NCBI GenBank assembly: GCA_965223265.1
Contig: OZ244999.1
Coordinates: forward strand, 3,328,001-3,392,000
Length of the DNA stretch: 64,000 nt
Origin: Planctomycetota bacterium
GTDB taxonomy: Bacteria; Planctomycetota; UBA8108; SXIK01
Reading direction: 5' to 3'
Part shown: piece after piece, positions 30,123 to 40,159 of the stretch
How the letters are laid out: every line of letters starts with the position of its first letter
Numbering within the stretch: position 1 is the stretch's first letter
The notes under the pieces: model-generated
What the model saw: the letters and a program-made list of their open reading frames with translations, nothing else
What the model was told of the DNA's origin: nothing
The model's database searches: none
Program-made: the position numbers and the translations under genes

Positions 30123-31900
30123 TAACGATCCGACTTGCGTAGGAAGCGAGTGAAGCGTGGGTCGTCGGGCCAGCGCGCCAGAGCCTCATCGATCACCTGC
30201 TTCGCTGGCAGAGGGCGGCGCGCGGTCAGCAGAGCGCGGATGAGTTTTTCGTGACCAATCTTGCGCTCGGGGAAAAGGTTGGCGTGGATCGTGAACTCTT
30301 CGATCGCGAGCTGCAGCAAGTGCGCCTTCTCGTCTGGAAACTCCGAACTCTGGCGCAGATACATGTAAGATTCGGCCAGGAATTCGTACGCTGCCGCGTG
30401 ATCTGGCTGCACGTTCTTCGCGCGCTCGAACAGCTCCTTGGCCGCATCGATTCTTTCGCGGCTCCCCGGTGCTGCCGCGTTGGGAAACTCTACCGTCGCC
30501 AAAAGCAACAACTTGCCCCGTTCGACGGCCGCGTCAGCGTTGTCTGCATCGATCGAAGCCGCCGTGTCGAACTCTCGCATCGCCGCTTCGAGCTGTCGCT
30601 GCTGAACGTATAAACGGCCCTTCTCCACGTGCGCGGCTGCGTCTGCGGGGTCCTTCTGAAGAACTGCGTCGATCGACTCGAAGGCCTTCTCCCACTCGCT
30701 CTGACTGGCATGCACCTGAGCGAGTCGCAGCAAAGCTGCCTTTTGATATTGCTGGCCTTCTAAGCGTGACGCTTTCTCGAACGACTCGATGGCGTCGTCG
30801 TGATTACCTGCGGAGTGAAGAAGGGCCAGCCCGCGAAAGAAATGCGTGTCGGCTCGGTCGCTGCGGAGCGTGACCGCAGCGTCAAACTGCTTCAGGGCGC
30901 CGCTCCAGTCGCCGCGCGCGGCGGCGGCTTGGCCACGTTCGAGACGCGCGTTGTAGTTGTAGCCGTGCTCTGCGACTTCGTCGAGGAGGGGGTTGGGAAG
31001 TGGCAGTTTGCCGCTGCTGACGAGGCTCCACCGGCGGTGCAGATCGGCTCTCGCCTCATTCCCCTCGATGCTGAAGATTTTTGCGAGTGCGGTATGAGCT
31101 TGGCCGCACTTCGGGAATTGCTTGACGGCGATGAGAAAGTGCTCCTTCGCCGCTTCATCTGCTCCCGAGCGAGCAGCTACCTGGCCCAGTCCGACGCGCG
31201 CGGCGAGGCAGTCCTCACGCAAGCGAAGCGCGATCAGAAAAAGCTCCCGGGCACGATCATCTTCGCCCTGATCTTGGTAGATGCGCGCGAGCGAGCAGTT
31301 CGCGGCGACGTCTTCGGGTTGCAGCAGAAGAGAGGCCTCGTACGCCGAGATCGCCTCTTCCGTGAGAGAGCGAGCTTCGTATGTGATCGCCAAAAGGTGG
31401 GGCCACTTTCCCTCCTTGGGGGCGATCTTTGCCGCGCGCCGATAGGCATCAGCCGCCTTCTCGTGGTCGCCGTTCGCCTGGTGGATCATTCCCAGCTTCC
31501 CCCATGCACTGGCGGAGTTCGGCGCGGCTTGCGTCGCCGCGGTGGCCGCCGCGATCGCAGCCTTGAGGCCAACTGGTCCCGTGGGAGACGGATCGATAGC
31601 TGCCGCATCCGTCGTCGCTTCGGCGGGGGCTGACGTCGTCTTCAAAGCCGACTCACTCTGCGGCGTCGAGCTGCTCGGCGCCTCGTCGCTCGTTGATTTT
31701 GGGGTACAAGCGGTGCCAAGAAGAGCTATGGCGAGCAGAGTTGAAGCGGGGAGTCCTCGTCTCGTATACCGGCGGACGCGGCCGCGGTCTGATCGAACAG
31801 TGTCGCTGTCGATCTCTTCGAATTCGAGGTCTCGAGTGATGGCTCGTCGCAATGTGGTTCCTCGCTCAAGGTTTCCGTTCAAGCTGTTCACAAAGAACAT
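30122..31900 (-). CDS. TPR-repeat lipoprotein, likely partner of the upstream CRTAC1 protein
   Basis: Lipobox LLGTAC, Ser/Thr/Ala linker, many TPR-like helices. Start uncertain. Confidence 0.85.
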   Translation of the reverse strand: MFFVNSLNGNLERGTTLRRAITRDLEFEEIDSDTVRSDRGRVRRYTRRGLPASTLLAIALLGTACTPKSTSDEAPSSSTPQSESALKTTSAPAEATTDAAAIDPSPTGPVGLKAAIAAATAATQAAPNSASAWGKLGMIHQANGDHEKAADAYRRAAKIAPKEGKWPHLLAITYEARSLTEEAISAYEASLLLQPEDVAANCSLARIYQDQGEDDRARELFLIALRLREDCLAARVGLGQVAARSGADEAAKEHFLIAVKQFPKCGQAHTALAKIFSIEGNEARADLHRRWSLVSSGKLPLPNPLLDEVAEHGYNYNARLERGQAAAARGDWSGALKQFDAAVTLRSDRADTHFFRGLALLHSAGNHDDAIESFEKASRLEGQQYQKAALLRLAQVHASQSEWEKAFESIDAVLQKDPADAAAHVEKGRLYVQQRQLEAAMREFDTAASIDADNADAAVERGKLLLLATVEFPNAAAPGSRERIDAAKELFERAKNVQPDHAAAYEFLAESYMYLRQSSEFPDEKAHLLQLAIEEFTIHANLFPERKIGHEKLIRALLTARRPLPAKQVIDEALARWPDDPRFTRFLRKSDR

Positions 31901-31942
31901 GCTAAGACGTGCTCAAAACGTGACCAAACTCGTCGCTTTCGG

Positions 31943-33727
31943 TCATGGATTCCAGACAAATTCGAGGACCTGATCGACAGGGGCAGCCTGACGCTGAGTG
32001 ACTTGGCCGCCCGGCCATCGAATCTCGACATCCACCGCGGTGGCTTCGCCGACTCCAATGTGGACGCGCGGATCATTGCTCGAGAGATAGCTGTATCCCG
32101 GCTGAATGTCACGTACCCACGTTTGCCGATTCGCCGAGACGGTGACGCGCGCACCGTAGACCTCGCCACCGCCCTTGCCTCGCGTTCGTACGATGATCCA
32201 GTTTCCACGCTTTGGCGTGTCGTTGCGTAGCAGCCGAACGCTGCCGCCGCATGCGGTGACCAAGATGTCCATGTCGCCGTCGGCGTCGTAATCCCCGACT
32301 GCGGCGCCGCGACCGATGTGAGCACGCCGTGCTGCCGGACCGAGCCAGTCCGGTCGCTCCGCGAAACGAAAACCGAACCCGGCCACCTGCGTGCCGCCTT
32401 TCTCGTGGGACGGAAGATGCTCGAAGATTTGGTCAGGCTCAGCGTATCGATGCCATGGTGCGGGAAGATCTGCATCGGAAGCCTCCGCCCCGCGGTGAAT
32501 GCGGCCATTGGTGACGAAGAGGTCGAGATCGCCGTCATGGTCTGCATCGAAAAATGCGGTGCCAAATCCCGTCAGCGGCCGACTCGCGCGCCCGAGTCCG
32601 GTGCGAAACGTGATGTCCTCGAAACGTCCTCGACCATCGCCGGAGTACAACGTGTTCGTTTCGTTGGCCAGGTGCGTCACGAAGAGATCGAGTGCTTGGT
32701 CGCCGTCGACATCCACGCTCTGCACGCCCATGCCTGCTTCGGCATCGCCCTGCTGATTGAAAGCCGCTCCCCATTCGACGCCGCGGTCGCGGAAGCGGGT
32801 CCCATCGAGATTGATCCAAAGGTGGTTCGGGGATGCATCGTTGGCGACGTAGAAGTCGAGTCGGCCGTCGTGATTGAAGTCGCCACTGACCACGCCGAGG
32901 CCGTTGCCCGTCACCTGACCGATTCCCGAGGAGATGGTGACGTCTTCGAATGTTCCATCGCCGCGGTTGCGGTAGAGAGAGTCGCGGATCGGGGGAAAGA
33001 ACAGGTTCGGGCCGCAGTACTCAAGATTCCCTTCGTTGTCGTGACAGTTGTCTGCCGCGACCCGGGGATGATCCATGTAGTTGGTGACGAACAGATCCAA
33101 GTGTCCGTCCTCGTCGTAGTCAGCGAAAATCGCGGAGGCACTCCAGCGCGCGTCGGCCACACCGGCTGCCGCAGTTACGTCCTCGAACGTTCCGTCGCCG
33201 CGATTGCGGTAGAGCGCGTTGGGCCCGAAGTTGGTGATGAAGAGATCCGGATGGCCGTCTGCGTCGACGTCGCCAACAGCGCAGCCCATGCCGTAGCCTG
33301 CGTCGTCACAGCCCGAAACGGTGCTGACGTCGCTAAACGTCACGCGTGCGGCAGAGCGTCCGTCGACGCCGCCGAGATCGTTCCGAAAGAGCCGGTTGCG
33401 GGAGCGCTTGGGGTCGAAGCCGGCGTTGATCAAGTAGGCATCGAGATCGCCGTCCCCGTCGTAGTCGATCCATGCGCAGCCGGATCCCATGATCTGCGGC
33501 AGCTGAAAAAGCTTCGCGTCGCCGCGGAAGTGGACTGAGGCGAGCCCGCACTCGCTGGCTACGTCGACGAAAGGCGCTGCGGCAGAGCTGGTGGCCGGGG
33601 GAACGCCGCTTTGTGTGGGGGTTGCATCGTCTTGATCGGTGGTCGACGGCGGCTGCGCCTTCGGGGTGCACCCGAACAAGGAGACGGCAAGGATTGTTAA
33701 GCTGATGTTTAGGCTGGCGAAGTTCAT
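31943..33727 (-). CDS. CRTAC1/ASPIC-UnbV family FG-GAP lipoprotein
   Basis: SLFGC lipobox, MGSGCAWIDYDGDGDLD, GMGCAVGDVDADG, YVAND, EAGMG, C-terminal GARV..GYSYLSSNDPRVHIG..IRWP. Confidence 0.92.
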   Translation of the reverse strand: MNFASLNISLTILAVSLFGCTPKAQPPSTTDQDDATPTQSGVPPATSSAAAPFVDVASECGLASVHFRGDAKLFQLPQIMGSGCAWIDYDGDGDLDAYLINAGFDPKRSRNRLFRNDLGGVDGRSAARVTFSDVSTVSGCDDAGYGMGCAVGDVDADGHPDLFITNFGPNALYRNRGDGTFEDVTAAAGVADARWSASAIFADYDEDGHLDLFVTNYMDHPRVAADNCHDNEGNLEYCGPNLFFPPIRDSLYRNRGDGTFEDVTISSGIGQVTGNGLGVVSGDFNHDGRLDFYVANDASPNHLWINLDGTRFRDRGVEWGAAFNQQGDAEAGMGVQSVDVDGDQALDLFVTHLANETNTLYSGDGRGRFEDITFRTGLGRASRPLTGFGTAFFDADHDGDLDLFVTNGRIHRGAEASDADLPAPWHRYAEPDQIFEHLPSHEKGGTQVAGFGFRFAERPDWLGPAARRAHIGRGAAVGDYDADGDMDILVTACGGSVRLLRNDTPKRGNWIIVRTRGKGGGEVYGARVTVSANRQTWVRDIQPGYSYLSSNDPRVHIGVGEATAVDVEIRWPGGQVTQRQAAPVDQVLEFVWNP

Positions 33728-34401
33728 TTTCGGCTTTGCAAAGCGCTGCTCGGTGCTTGGCGAGCGAAAGCAAGTATGATGATACCAGAAGGAGACGTTT
33801 CGGCTGTGTGTCGCAAGGAGCCGACCTCGCGGTGTTCTCGCTGCCTGAACTCGGGCGGCGAATTCAGGGCGGCGAGCGGCCAGGCGAGAGTTGGCGTTCC
33901 GCGTCGCGTTCCCAGGCTCTTCGAGAACCGGCCGGTGAGCCCCTAAGAAATCACAAACTTCTGCCAAAATCGACTCGAACAAACGAGCGCTCAGGCGCTT
34001 GCAAACGTCCCTTCTGCTTGTCAAACTCTACGTTGTCAACGTCTGTTACAGTGTCGATTTAGCTTCAGGTTCGCGAACGGAGATTGGTGAGATGGCCGGG
34101 GTCGCCGCTGCACTGCCTCTCAAAGACGCCTTTGAGAGTCGCGCCAGGCTATACCTCCTGCCAGCCATCGCGCTTCCCGATCCTGTTGAGCGAGAATAGC
34201 GCGCGGGACGAAACTTCGGAGGCTGCTCTTCTGGGTAGACCGTTCGGCGGGGGCGGTCCTGCACATGGATTGCGAGTTTGGTCAGCGCCGTCCGCCGAGA
34301 CGCGCTGGTCTGCCCGGGGACTCTCGGGCGCCGAGGGCTGCGCGCGCCGTGAACGTCGTGACGGGGTCGTCCGTCTCGACCGCAATCCTGTGAGAAGACA
34401 G

Positions 34402-37400
34402 ATGAGGCACAGAGACGCTGGTCTCCTTGGAGCAACGCTCGCCATCCTCTGCACTTCCGCTGCCGTCTGGGGGCTGCCCGCCGGATTTGTTGAGGAGGCC
34501 GTTGATGCGGGATGGAACAACGTCTGCGGCCTCACGTTCGACGACCACGGGCGGCTATTCGCCTGGGAGCGAAGTGGCCGCGTCTGGATTGTGGAGGGCG
34601 GCGTCCGCCAGTCGACACCGTTTGCCGATCTCACTGCAGAAGTAGGAGGTTGGCGTGACTACGGGCTTCTCGGTTTCGCGCTGCATCCGAACTATATCAA
34701 CACCGGCTTCGTTTACTTTTTCTACGTCGTTGATCGTCACCACCTCATGCACTTCGGTACACCGCAGTACGACGCCGCGACCAACGAGTACTTCGACGCG
34801 ACGATCGGCCGCATCGTGCGGTATCGCGCCGCACCAGGCGAAGGTTCGACCGATTACAGCCAGTCGAGCACGATCGATCTGTCGACTCGTACAGTTCTCG
34901 TCGGGGAGAGCAAAGAGGCAGGTGTGCCGATCCTTCATCAGTCGCATGGCGTCGGCGCGCTCGTGTTCGGTAGCGATGGTACGCTGCTTGCTTCCTGCGG
35001 TGACGGTGCGAGTTACCTCTCCCTCGACACCGGCGACGCACCGGAGTCGTACGCCGTGCAGGGGCTCGTGGATGGCATCGTTTCGAGCAAGGAGAACATC
35101 GGTGCCTTCCGAGCTCAGCTCCTCGACAGCCTGAGCGGCAAGATTCTTCGCATCGATCCGGAGACTGGCGATGGCGTGGCTTCGAATCCTTTCTTTGACC
35201 CGGCAAGGCCGCGATCCGCACAATCGCGCGTTTGGTCTCTCGGTCTGCGCAACCCGTGCCGCATGGCGTTGCGGCCCGGCACTGGCAGCCACCGGCCGGC
35301 CGACGGGGACCCCGGCGTATTGTACGTAGGCGATGTTGGTTGGGGGAGGTTTGAGGATCTCCACGTAGTCACGGCACCGGCACAGAACTTCGGTTGGCCG
35401 CTGTTCGAAGGATTAACTCCCTTGAACGACTACTGGATCGAGAAAACGCCGAACCTCGATGCCCCCAATCCGCTCTTTGGGCCAGACTGTGAACAGGAGT
35501 TTTTCTACTTTCAAGATCTCCTGCAGCAGGAGACGCGTGACGGAGTGACGCGTTTTTTGAATCCGTGCGACCTGAACCAAGAGATACCGTCTGGCGTCGC
35601 TGTGTTCAGCCACAGTCGGCCAGCGATCGATTGGGGACGCGGCGTCGACGGTCCCGCGAGGACCGGAGTCTTTGCGGCCGACGGAACCGCTCAGGTGGCT
35701 ACCGTTGGCGCCGTTGACTCGCCGATCGTAGGGAGTTCGTTCCCCGGTAACGCCTCCATCGGTGGCGCGTGGTACACCGAAGGACCTTTTCCGGTCGAAT
35801 ACCACAATACGTACTTTCATGCCGACTACGGTGAGCGCTGGATCCGTCGCTTCCGGTTTGACGCGAACGATCGCCTGCTGGAGGTCGATGAATTCATCAG
35901 TGGACGGCGAGTTGTCGCGATCGCGATGAACCCCGTCGACGGTTGCCTTTACTACGTCGACTATGGTGCCAATATTTGGAAGGTGTCCTACGTTCCCAGG
36001 GAGAACCAGCCACCGCTCGTCGTCGCTCGACAGGATCGACTGTTCGGAGTCAGCCCTCTCGTCGTTGCCTTCGACGCCAGCGGGTCGATGGATCCCGAAG
36101 GCAGGGCGCTCGCGTACAGTTGGGACTTTGGCGACGGGGCGTCGTCTACCGAGGTGAGTCCACAACACGTATTTCGTGCTGACGGGGGGGGGCCGCGACG
36201 CTTCGACGTTAAGCTTCGGGTCACCGACGCCGAGTCTGCGTTCAGCGAAGCCGAGCTGATCGTTTCGGTCAACAATACGCCGCCTGTCGTGCGCATCACG
36301 AGCCCCGTCGACGGCACGCAGTACCCGATGACTCGTGAGACCGCATTCGATCTGACGGCCGAGATCTCAGACGGCGAGTCAGCTCAAGGGGATCTGATCT
36401 GTGCGTGGCAAACGTCGCTTCATCACAACAACCACACTCACGACGAAGACGTCGACCCGAATTGTTCGACGACCAGCGTGATTTCGCCGATCGGCTGCGA
36501 TGGCCAGGCCTACTTCTACCGAGTGACGCTGACGGTGAGCGACCCCGCCGGGCTCTCAACTGTGGAAGAGGTCACGCTTTTCCCCGCCTGCGACGGCCTG
36601 CCACCGGTCGCACGGGACGACCACGCGGTCGTCAATCAAGGGTACGCCGTTGAGATCGACGTTCTCAGCAACGACTTTGACCCCGACGGCGAGATTGACC
36701 CCATGTCGATTCGCCTGTTGAGATTGCCACAACACGGAACGCTCGACGTTGCTGCCGATGGCGGCGTCGTGATGTACACACACGATGGCAGCGACGCCAA
36801 TGCCGACACTTTCTCGTACGTTGTCGCCGACGACACCGGTAGCGAATCGAATCCCGCCTGGGTGTTTCTCGAGGCTGTGAACGATGCGCCGTCGGTGAAA
36901 CTCGAGAGCCCGACTGTGGGAGACACCTTTCGTCTCGGCGACTCCCTGCAGTTGCAAGCTGAAGCGTTCGATCTCCAGGACGGGAGCGACCTGACTTACC
37001 GTTGGCAGCTGCATTTTTTTCACAATGACCACGTCCATGAAGAGGTGTTCGTTTGGGACGGTCCCGATCCGCCGGCAGTCAGACTCGACGGGACCCCCGA
37101 CGTCGCAGATGGTGATCGATACTCTTATCTCGTTCTCGTCAGCGTTGAAGATGTGGTCGGCGTGCGGCGGGAGGACGCGGTGCACTTGCTCGCGGCCGAG
37201 CTGGCGCCGAACGCGCCGCCGCAGGCGCGGTTTCGATCAACTCCTGCGTCGGGCTCAGCACCTCTACGCGTCGTATTTGACGCTGAGGAGAGCACTGACC
37301 CGGATCGCGACGCTTTGGTGTACAGCTGGAGTTTCGGCGACGGTCACTTCGGCCGCGGGGCGACGGCCGAGCATATCTACAGCGATCATGGCGTTTACTA

Positions 37401-38475
37401 CGCGCAGCTGCAGATCGTCGACGCAGGCGGCGCCCACGCGACGCGGGTCGAACTCGTCACGGTGACGGAGCTCGGTTTGGATGCGACGTATTTTGACGGC
37501 GCGAACCTGTCCACACCTTTGCTCCAACGCGTGGACCCACAAATCAACTTTGATTGGGGGGCTGGTACGCCGGATTCGACCGTCGACCCCGAGTCGTTCT
37601 CCGTCCGTTGGGTGGGACGGGTGCGACCACAGTTCAGCGAGCTCTACACGTTTCACACCGTCAGCGACGGCGGCTTGCGGCTTTGGATCGATAACATAGC
37701 AGTGGTTGATCGATGGGAGCTTCTGGCATTTGAAGAGCAGAGCGGATCGATCGAGCTCCGAGCGGGGGTCAACGCCGCCTTGGTGGTGGAGTACTTTCAC
37801 GCCGGCGGCGATGCGGTCGCACAGCTATCGTGGTCGAGCCCTAGCCAGGCCCGAGAGGCCGTTCCCGCTGACGCACTGCTGCGTCCTCTTGGAGGGAATC
37901 AGCCGCCGGTGGTGGACGCCGGGCCGCCGCGAGTTGGGGTCGCCGGTGGCGTCGTCCATTTACTGGGACGTGTCGTCGACGACGGATTGCCGGAGAATCC
38001 CGGTCGAGTGCACGTTCAGTGGCACGCCCTGAGCGGGCCAGCAGCGCCGACGTGGCCTACCGGCGATTCCGACGATGAGCACACCCACGTTCTCTTTCCG
38101 GCCACCGGCACGTACGAGTTGCGGTTGACGGCGTCTGACGGCGCGGCGAATCATTTCGATGACGTGACGGTGACTGTCGTCGCCGCGGCGGAGTTTCGGC
38201 GCGGCGATGCCAACGACGACGACCGCCACGACATCAGCGATGCGATCTTCGCGCTGCGCAGTCTGTTCTCAGGGCAGTCAGGGGTTCACTGCCAAGCGGC
38301 TCTCGACAGCAACGATGACGGCGCTGTCGACGTCTCCGACCCGGTCTACTTGCTCAATCATTTGGTCGCGGGAGGTGATCCGGTGCCGGCTCCGTTTCCC
38401 GGCTGCGGAGCTGATCCGACCAGTGATGCCCTGTCGTGTCTGGAGTCGAGCTGTGGGCCTTTAGCTGCGCACTGA
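34402..38475 (+). CDS. Secreted glucose/sorbosone-dehydrogenase-like beta-propeller + PKD/Ig + PA14 + C-terminal dockerin-like module
   Basis: GLLGFALHP, SHGVGAL.FG.DG.L, GKILRIDP, GLRNP.R; PKD motifs YSWDFGDG and YSWSFGDG; PA14-type FSVRWVG..YTFHTVSDGGLRLWID; FRRGDANDDDRHDISD. Confidence 0.9.
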   Translation: MRHRDAGLLGATLAILCTSAAVWGLPAGFVEEAVDAGWNNVCGLTFDDHGRLFAWERSGRVWIVEGGVRQSTPFADLTAEVGGWRDYGLLGFALHPNYINTGFVYFFYVVDRHHLMHFGTPQYDAATNEYFDATIGRIVRYRAAPGEGSTDYSQSSTIDLSTRTVLVGESKEAGVPILHQSHGVGALVFGSDGTLLASCGDGASYLSLDTGDAPESYAVQGLVDGIVSSKENIGAFRAQLLDSLSGKILRIDPETGDGVASNPFFDPARPRSAQSRVWSLGLRNPCRMALRPGTGSHRPADGDPGVLYVGDVGWGRFEDLHVVTAPAQNFGWPLFEGLTPLNDYWIEKTPNLDAPNPLFGPDCEQEFFYFQDLLQQETRDGVTRFLNPCDLNQEIPSGVAVFSHSRPAIDWGRGVDGPARTGVFAADGTAQVATVGAVDSPIVGSSFPGNASIGGAWYTEGPFPVEYHNTYFHADYGERWIRRFRFDANDRLLEVDEFISGRRVVAIAMNPVDGCLYYVDYGANIWKVSYVPRENQPPLVVARQDRLFGVSPLVVAFDASGSMDPEGRALAYSWDFGDGASSTEVSPQHVFRADGGGPRRFDVKLRVTDAESAFSEAELIVSVNNTPPVVRITSPVDGTQYPMTRETAFDLTAEISDGESAQGDLICAWQTSLHHNNHTHDEDVDPNCSTTSVISPIGCDGQAYFYRVTLTVSDPAGLSTVEEVTLFPACDGLPPVARDDHAVVNQGYAVEIDVLSNDFDPDGEIDPMSIRLLRLPQHGTLDVAADGGVVMYTHDGSDANADTFSYVVADDTGSESNPAWVFLEAVNDAPSVKLESPTVGDTFRLGDSLQLQAEAFDLQDGSDLTYRWQLHFFHNDHVHEEVFVWDGPDPPAVRLDGTPDVADGDRYSYLVLVSVEDVVGVRREDAVHLLAAELAPNAPPQARFRSTPASGSAPLRVVFDAEESTDPDRDALVYSWSFGDGHFGRGATAEHIYSDHGVYYAQLQIVDAGGAHATRVELVTVTELGLDATYFDGANLSTPLLQRVDPQINFDWGAGTPDSTVDPESFSVRWVGRVRPQFSELYTFHTVSDGGLRLWIDNIAVVDRWELLAFEEQSGSIELRAGVNAALVVEYFHAGGDAVAQLSWSSPSQAREAVPADALLRPLGGNQPPVVDAGPPRVGVAGGVVHLLGRVVDDGLPENPGRVHVQWHALSGPAAPTWPTGDSDDEHTHVLFPATGTYELRLTASDGAANHFDDVTVTVVAAAEFRRGDANDDDRHDISDAIFALRSLFSGQSGVHCQAALDSNDDGAVDVSDPVYLLNHLVAGGDPVPAPFPGCGADPTSDALSCLESSCGPLAAH

Positions 38476-38509
38476 ACGAGTCGACTTGGGACGACTCTTT
38501 GGTGCGAGA

Positions 38510-39763
38510 TCACTGCGCCTCACCGTGAATCCACGCGACGTCAACGACTGTGTGCTGTATCGATCTGCCACCGCGCACGGAGTACGAGTAGGTCATATGG
38601 AGCTTGCCGTCTCGACTCTGCAGGATTGACGGGTAGCCGAATCCGCCGGGTTCACCCTCTGACAGTTCATCCAAGGTTCGTTTTTGCTTCCAGCTAACTC
38701 CCTCGTCGTCCGAGAGAGCTAACGCTATCCGCCGCCGCGACCTCTCTGTGTCGTTGAAGATCATGATCCAAGTGCCGTCGCGAAGCTTGATGACTTCAAG
38801 GCTCGAGCCAGGGTTGGGGACATCTGTATCGCTTGCGACGGACCATGTCGCACCGAAATCGGACGAGGTGCTGACGAGGACACGCTCTGGAGAGTCGCCG
38901 GCGTCGCGCATATAGGCGACGACCGTTCCGTCGCTCTTTTGGACTAGCGTCGGTTGAATCCCGCCAAGCCCGACGATCGGCCGACTCGCATGCCACGTGT
39001 CGCCTCCATCGTCCGAGATGCCGACCAGCGAAAGGTTGAAACCGTCGGAATAGAGCGGCAGGAGAATGCGGCCACTCGGCAGTGTGGTCGGATGGATCCG
39101 AGTCATCCAGCCAGTCTGTCGCTTGATCTTGTCGCGAGCTGCGGCGGCAATCAGTTTCGAGTAGCGAGGTGCGTACTCCGCCCAGAGCGGCTCGGAGGGG
39201 CGGAGAACCGCGAAGTCGTCGGCGATCGCCCGGGCAAAACTTTCGCCTGGAACGAAGTGGATTGTGTCCTGCCATGCCCACTTAGGTGCGCCGGCGTCTT
39301 GAAAATCTGTCGCCCGGCGATACTTGAGCACCGAATGTTCCCAGCGATTGGCCACGACGACGATCCAAAAAAGCCAAAGCCGCTGGTGTGGATCGATCCA
39401 GAGAACGGGGTTGCAGTCGGGGAGCCCTGGCGTGTCGGCCATGAGGAACACATCGCTCCAGGCGTTACCGTCTGCATCCATGCGGGCGCCTTGGATCTGG
39501 ACGTCGTTAGCGCGTCTTTCGCCCGAACCGCGAAACCAGCACGCAAGGAATCCACCGTCTGGAGTCTGGACGATGCTGCTCGAGTGGACATGTTTGTTCT
39601 GCAGCGGAAAGATATGACGCGACAGACGCTCCCCCGCCGTCGCCTCGTTTGCGACGAGGCACTGAGAGGCGGTCGCGCCGAGAACGAGACTGAGGAGGAC
39701 CGCCCGGGTCACGCATGGCGCCAGGGCGTCCGTGCTGCCATGCAACCGGATGCATCGATTCAT
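38510..39763 (-). CDS. Secreted sialidase-family (BNR/Asp-box) protein
   Basis: H.SSIV, Asp boxes SDDGGDTW, SSDFGATW, SDDEGVSW; GRILLPLYSD; GYPS. Confidence 0.88.
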   Translation of the reverse strand: MNRCIRLHGSTDALAPCVTRAVLLSLVLGATASQCLVANEATAGERLSRHIFPLQNKHVHSSSIVQTPDGGFLACWFRGSGERRANDVQIQGARMDADGNAWSDVFLMADTPGLPDCNPVLWIDPHQRLWLFWIVVVANRWEHSVLKYRRATDFQDAGAPKWAWQDTIHFVPGESFARAIADDFAVLRPSEPLWAEYAPRYSKLIAAAARDKIKRQTGWMTRIHPTTLPSGRILLPLYSDGFNLSLVGISDDGGDTWHASRPIVGLGGIQPTLVQKSDGTVVAYMRDAGDSPERVLVSTSSDFGATWSVASDTDVPNPGSSLEVIKLRDGTWIMIFNDTERSRRRIALALSDDEGVSWKQKRTLDELSEGEPGGFGYPSILQSRDGKLHMTYSYSVRGGRSIQHTVVDVAWIHGEAQ

Positions 39764-40003
39764 GTTTGTATTACTCCTGTGATCGCGCTCGATTGGCCGG
39801 AGCCGTCGCTCGGGCGCGGACTTGCGATGCCTATCCTGAGGAACGTGAACAGTGTGAGCGACTCCAAGACAGGTAGGATGAGAGATGGGCCCGAACAACG
39901 GGTCGTGGGCAAAGAATCCGAGTATCGACCTTCAGGAGCTTCCTCGGCCAGCCCCTTGCTGAACAAGCGTCCCGTGCCGGGGATCTCCCAGCGCCAAAGA
40001 AAT

Positions 40004-40092
40004 CGCGGTCGCGTAGTCGAAAGGGTGAGACGCTCAGAAGGATATGTTACAAAAGAGAATCGGGGTTTGTCGCTGAGCGTTTCAGCGACCGC
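40004..40092. repeat. Imperfect intergenic inverted repeat
   Basis: CGCGGTCGC..GAGACGCTCAG pairs with CTGAGCGTTTC..GCGACCGCG. Confidence 0.5.
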
Positions 40093-40159
40093 GCAAGGTG
40101 GTGTCCATCATTTCAGTACTGCGAGGGCAATGGCGACAGCCGTTGTTGCGCGGTGGCTA

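Noticed and set aside
34084-34401. Long N-terminal ORF extensions (also 33728-34024, 43662-43895, 57514-57675)
   Set aside because: Low-complexity Arg/Ser/Pro-rich translations upstream of better starts supported by signal peptides, RBS or family N-termini.
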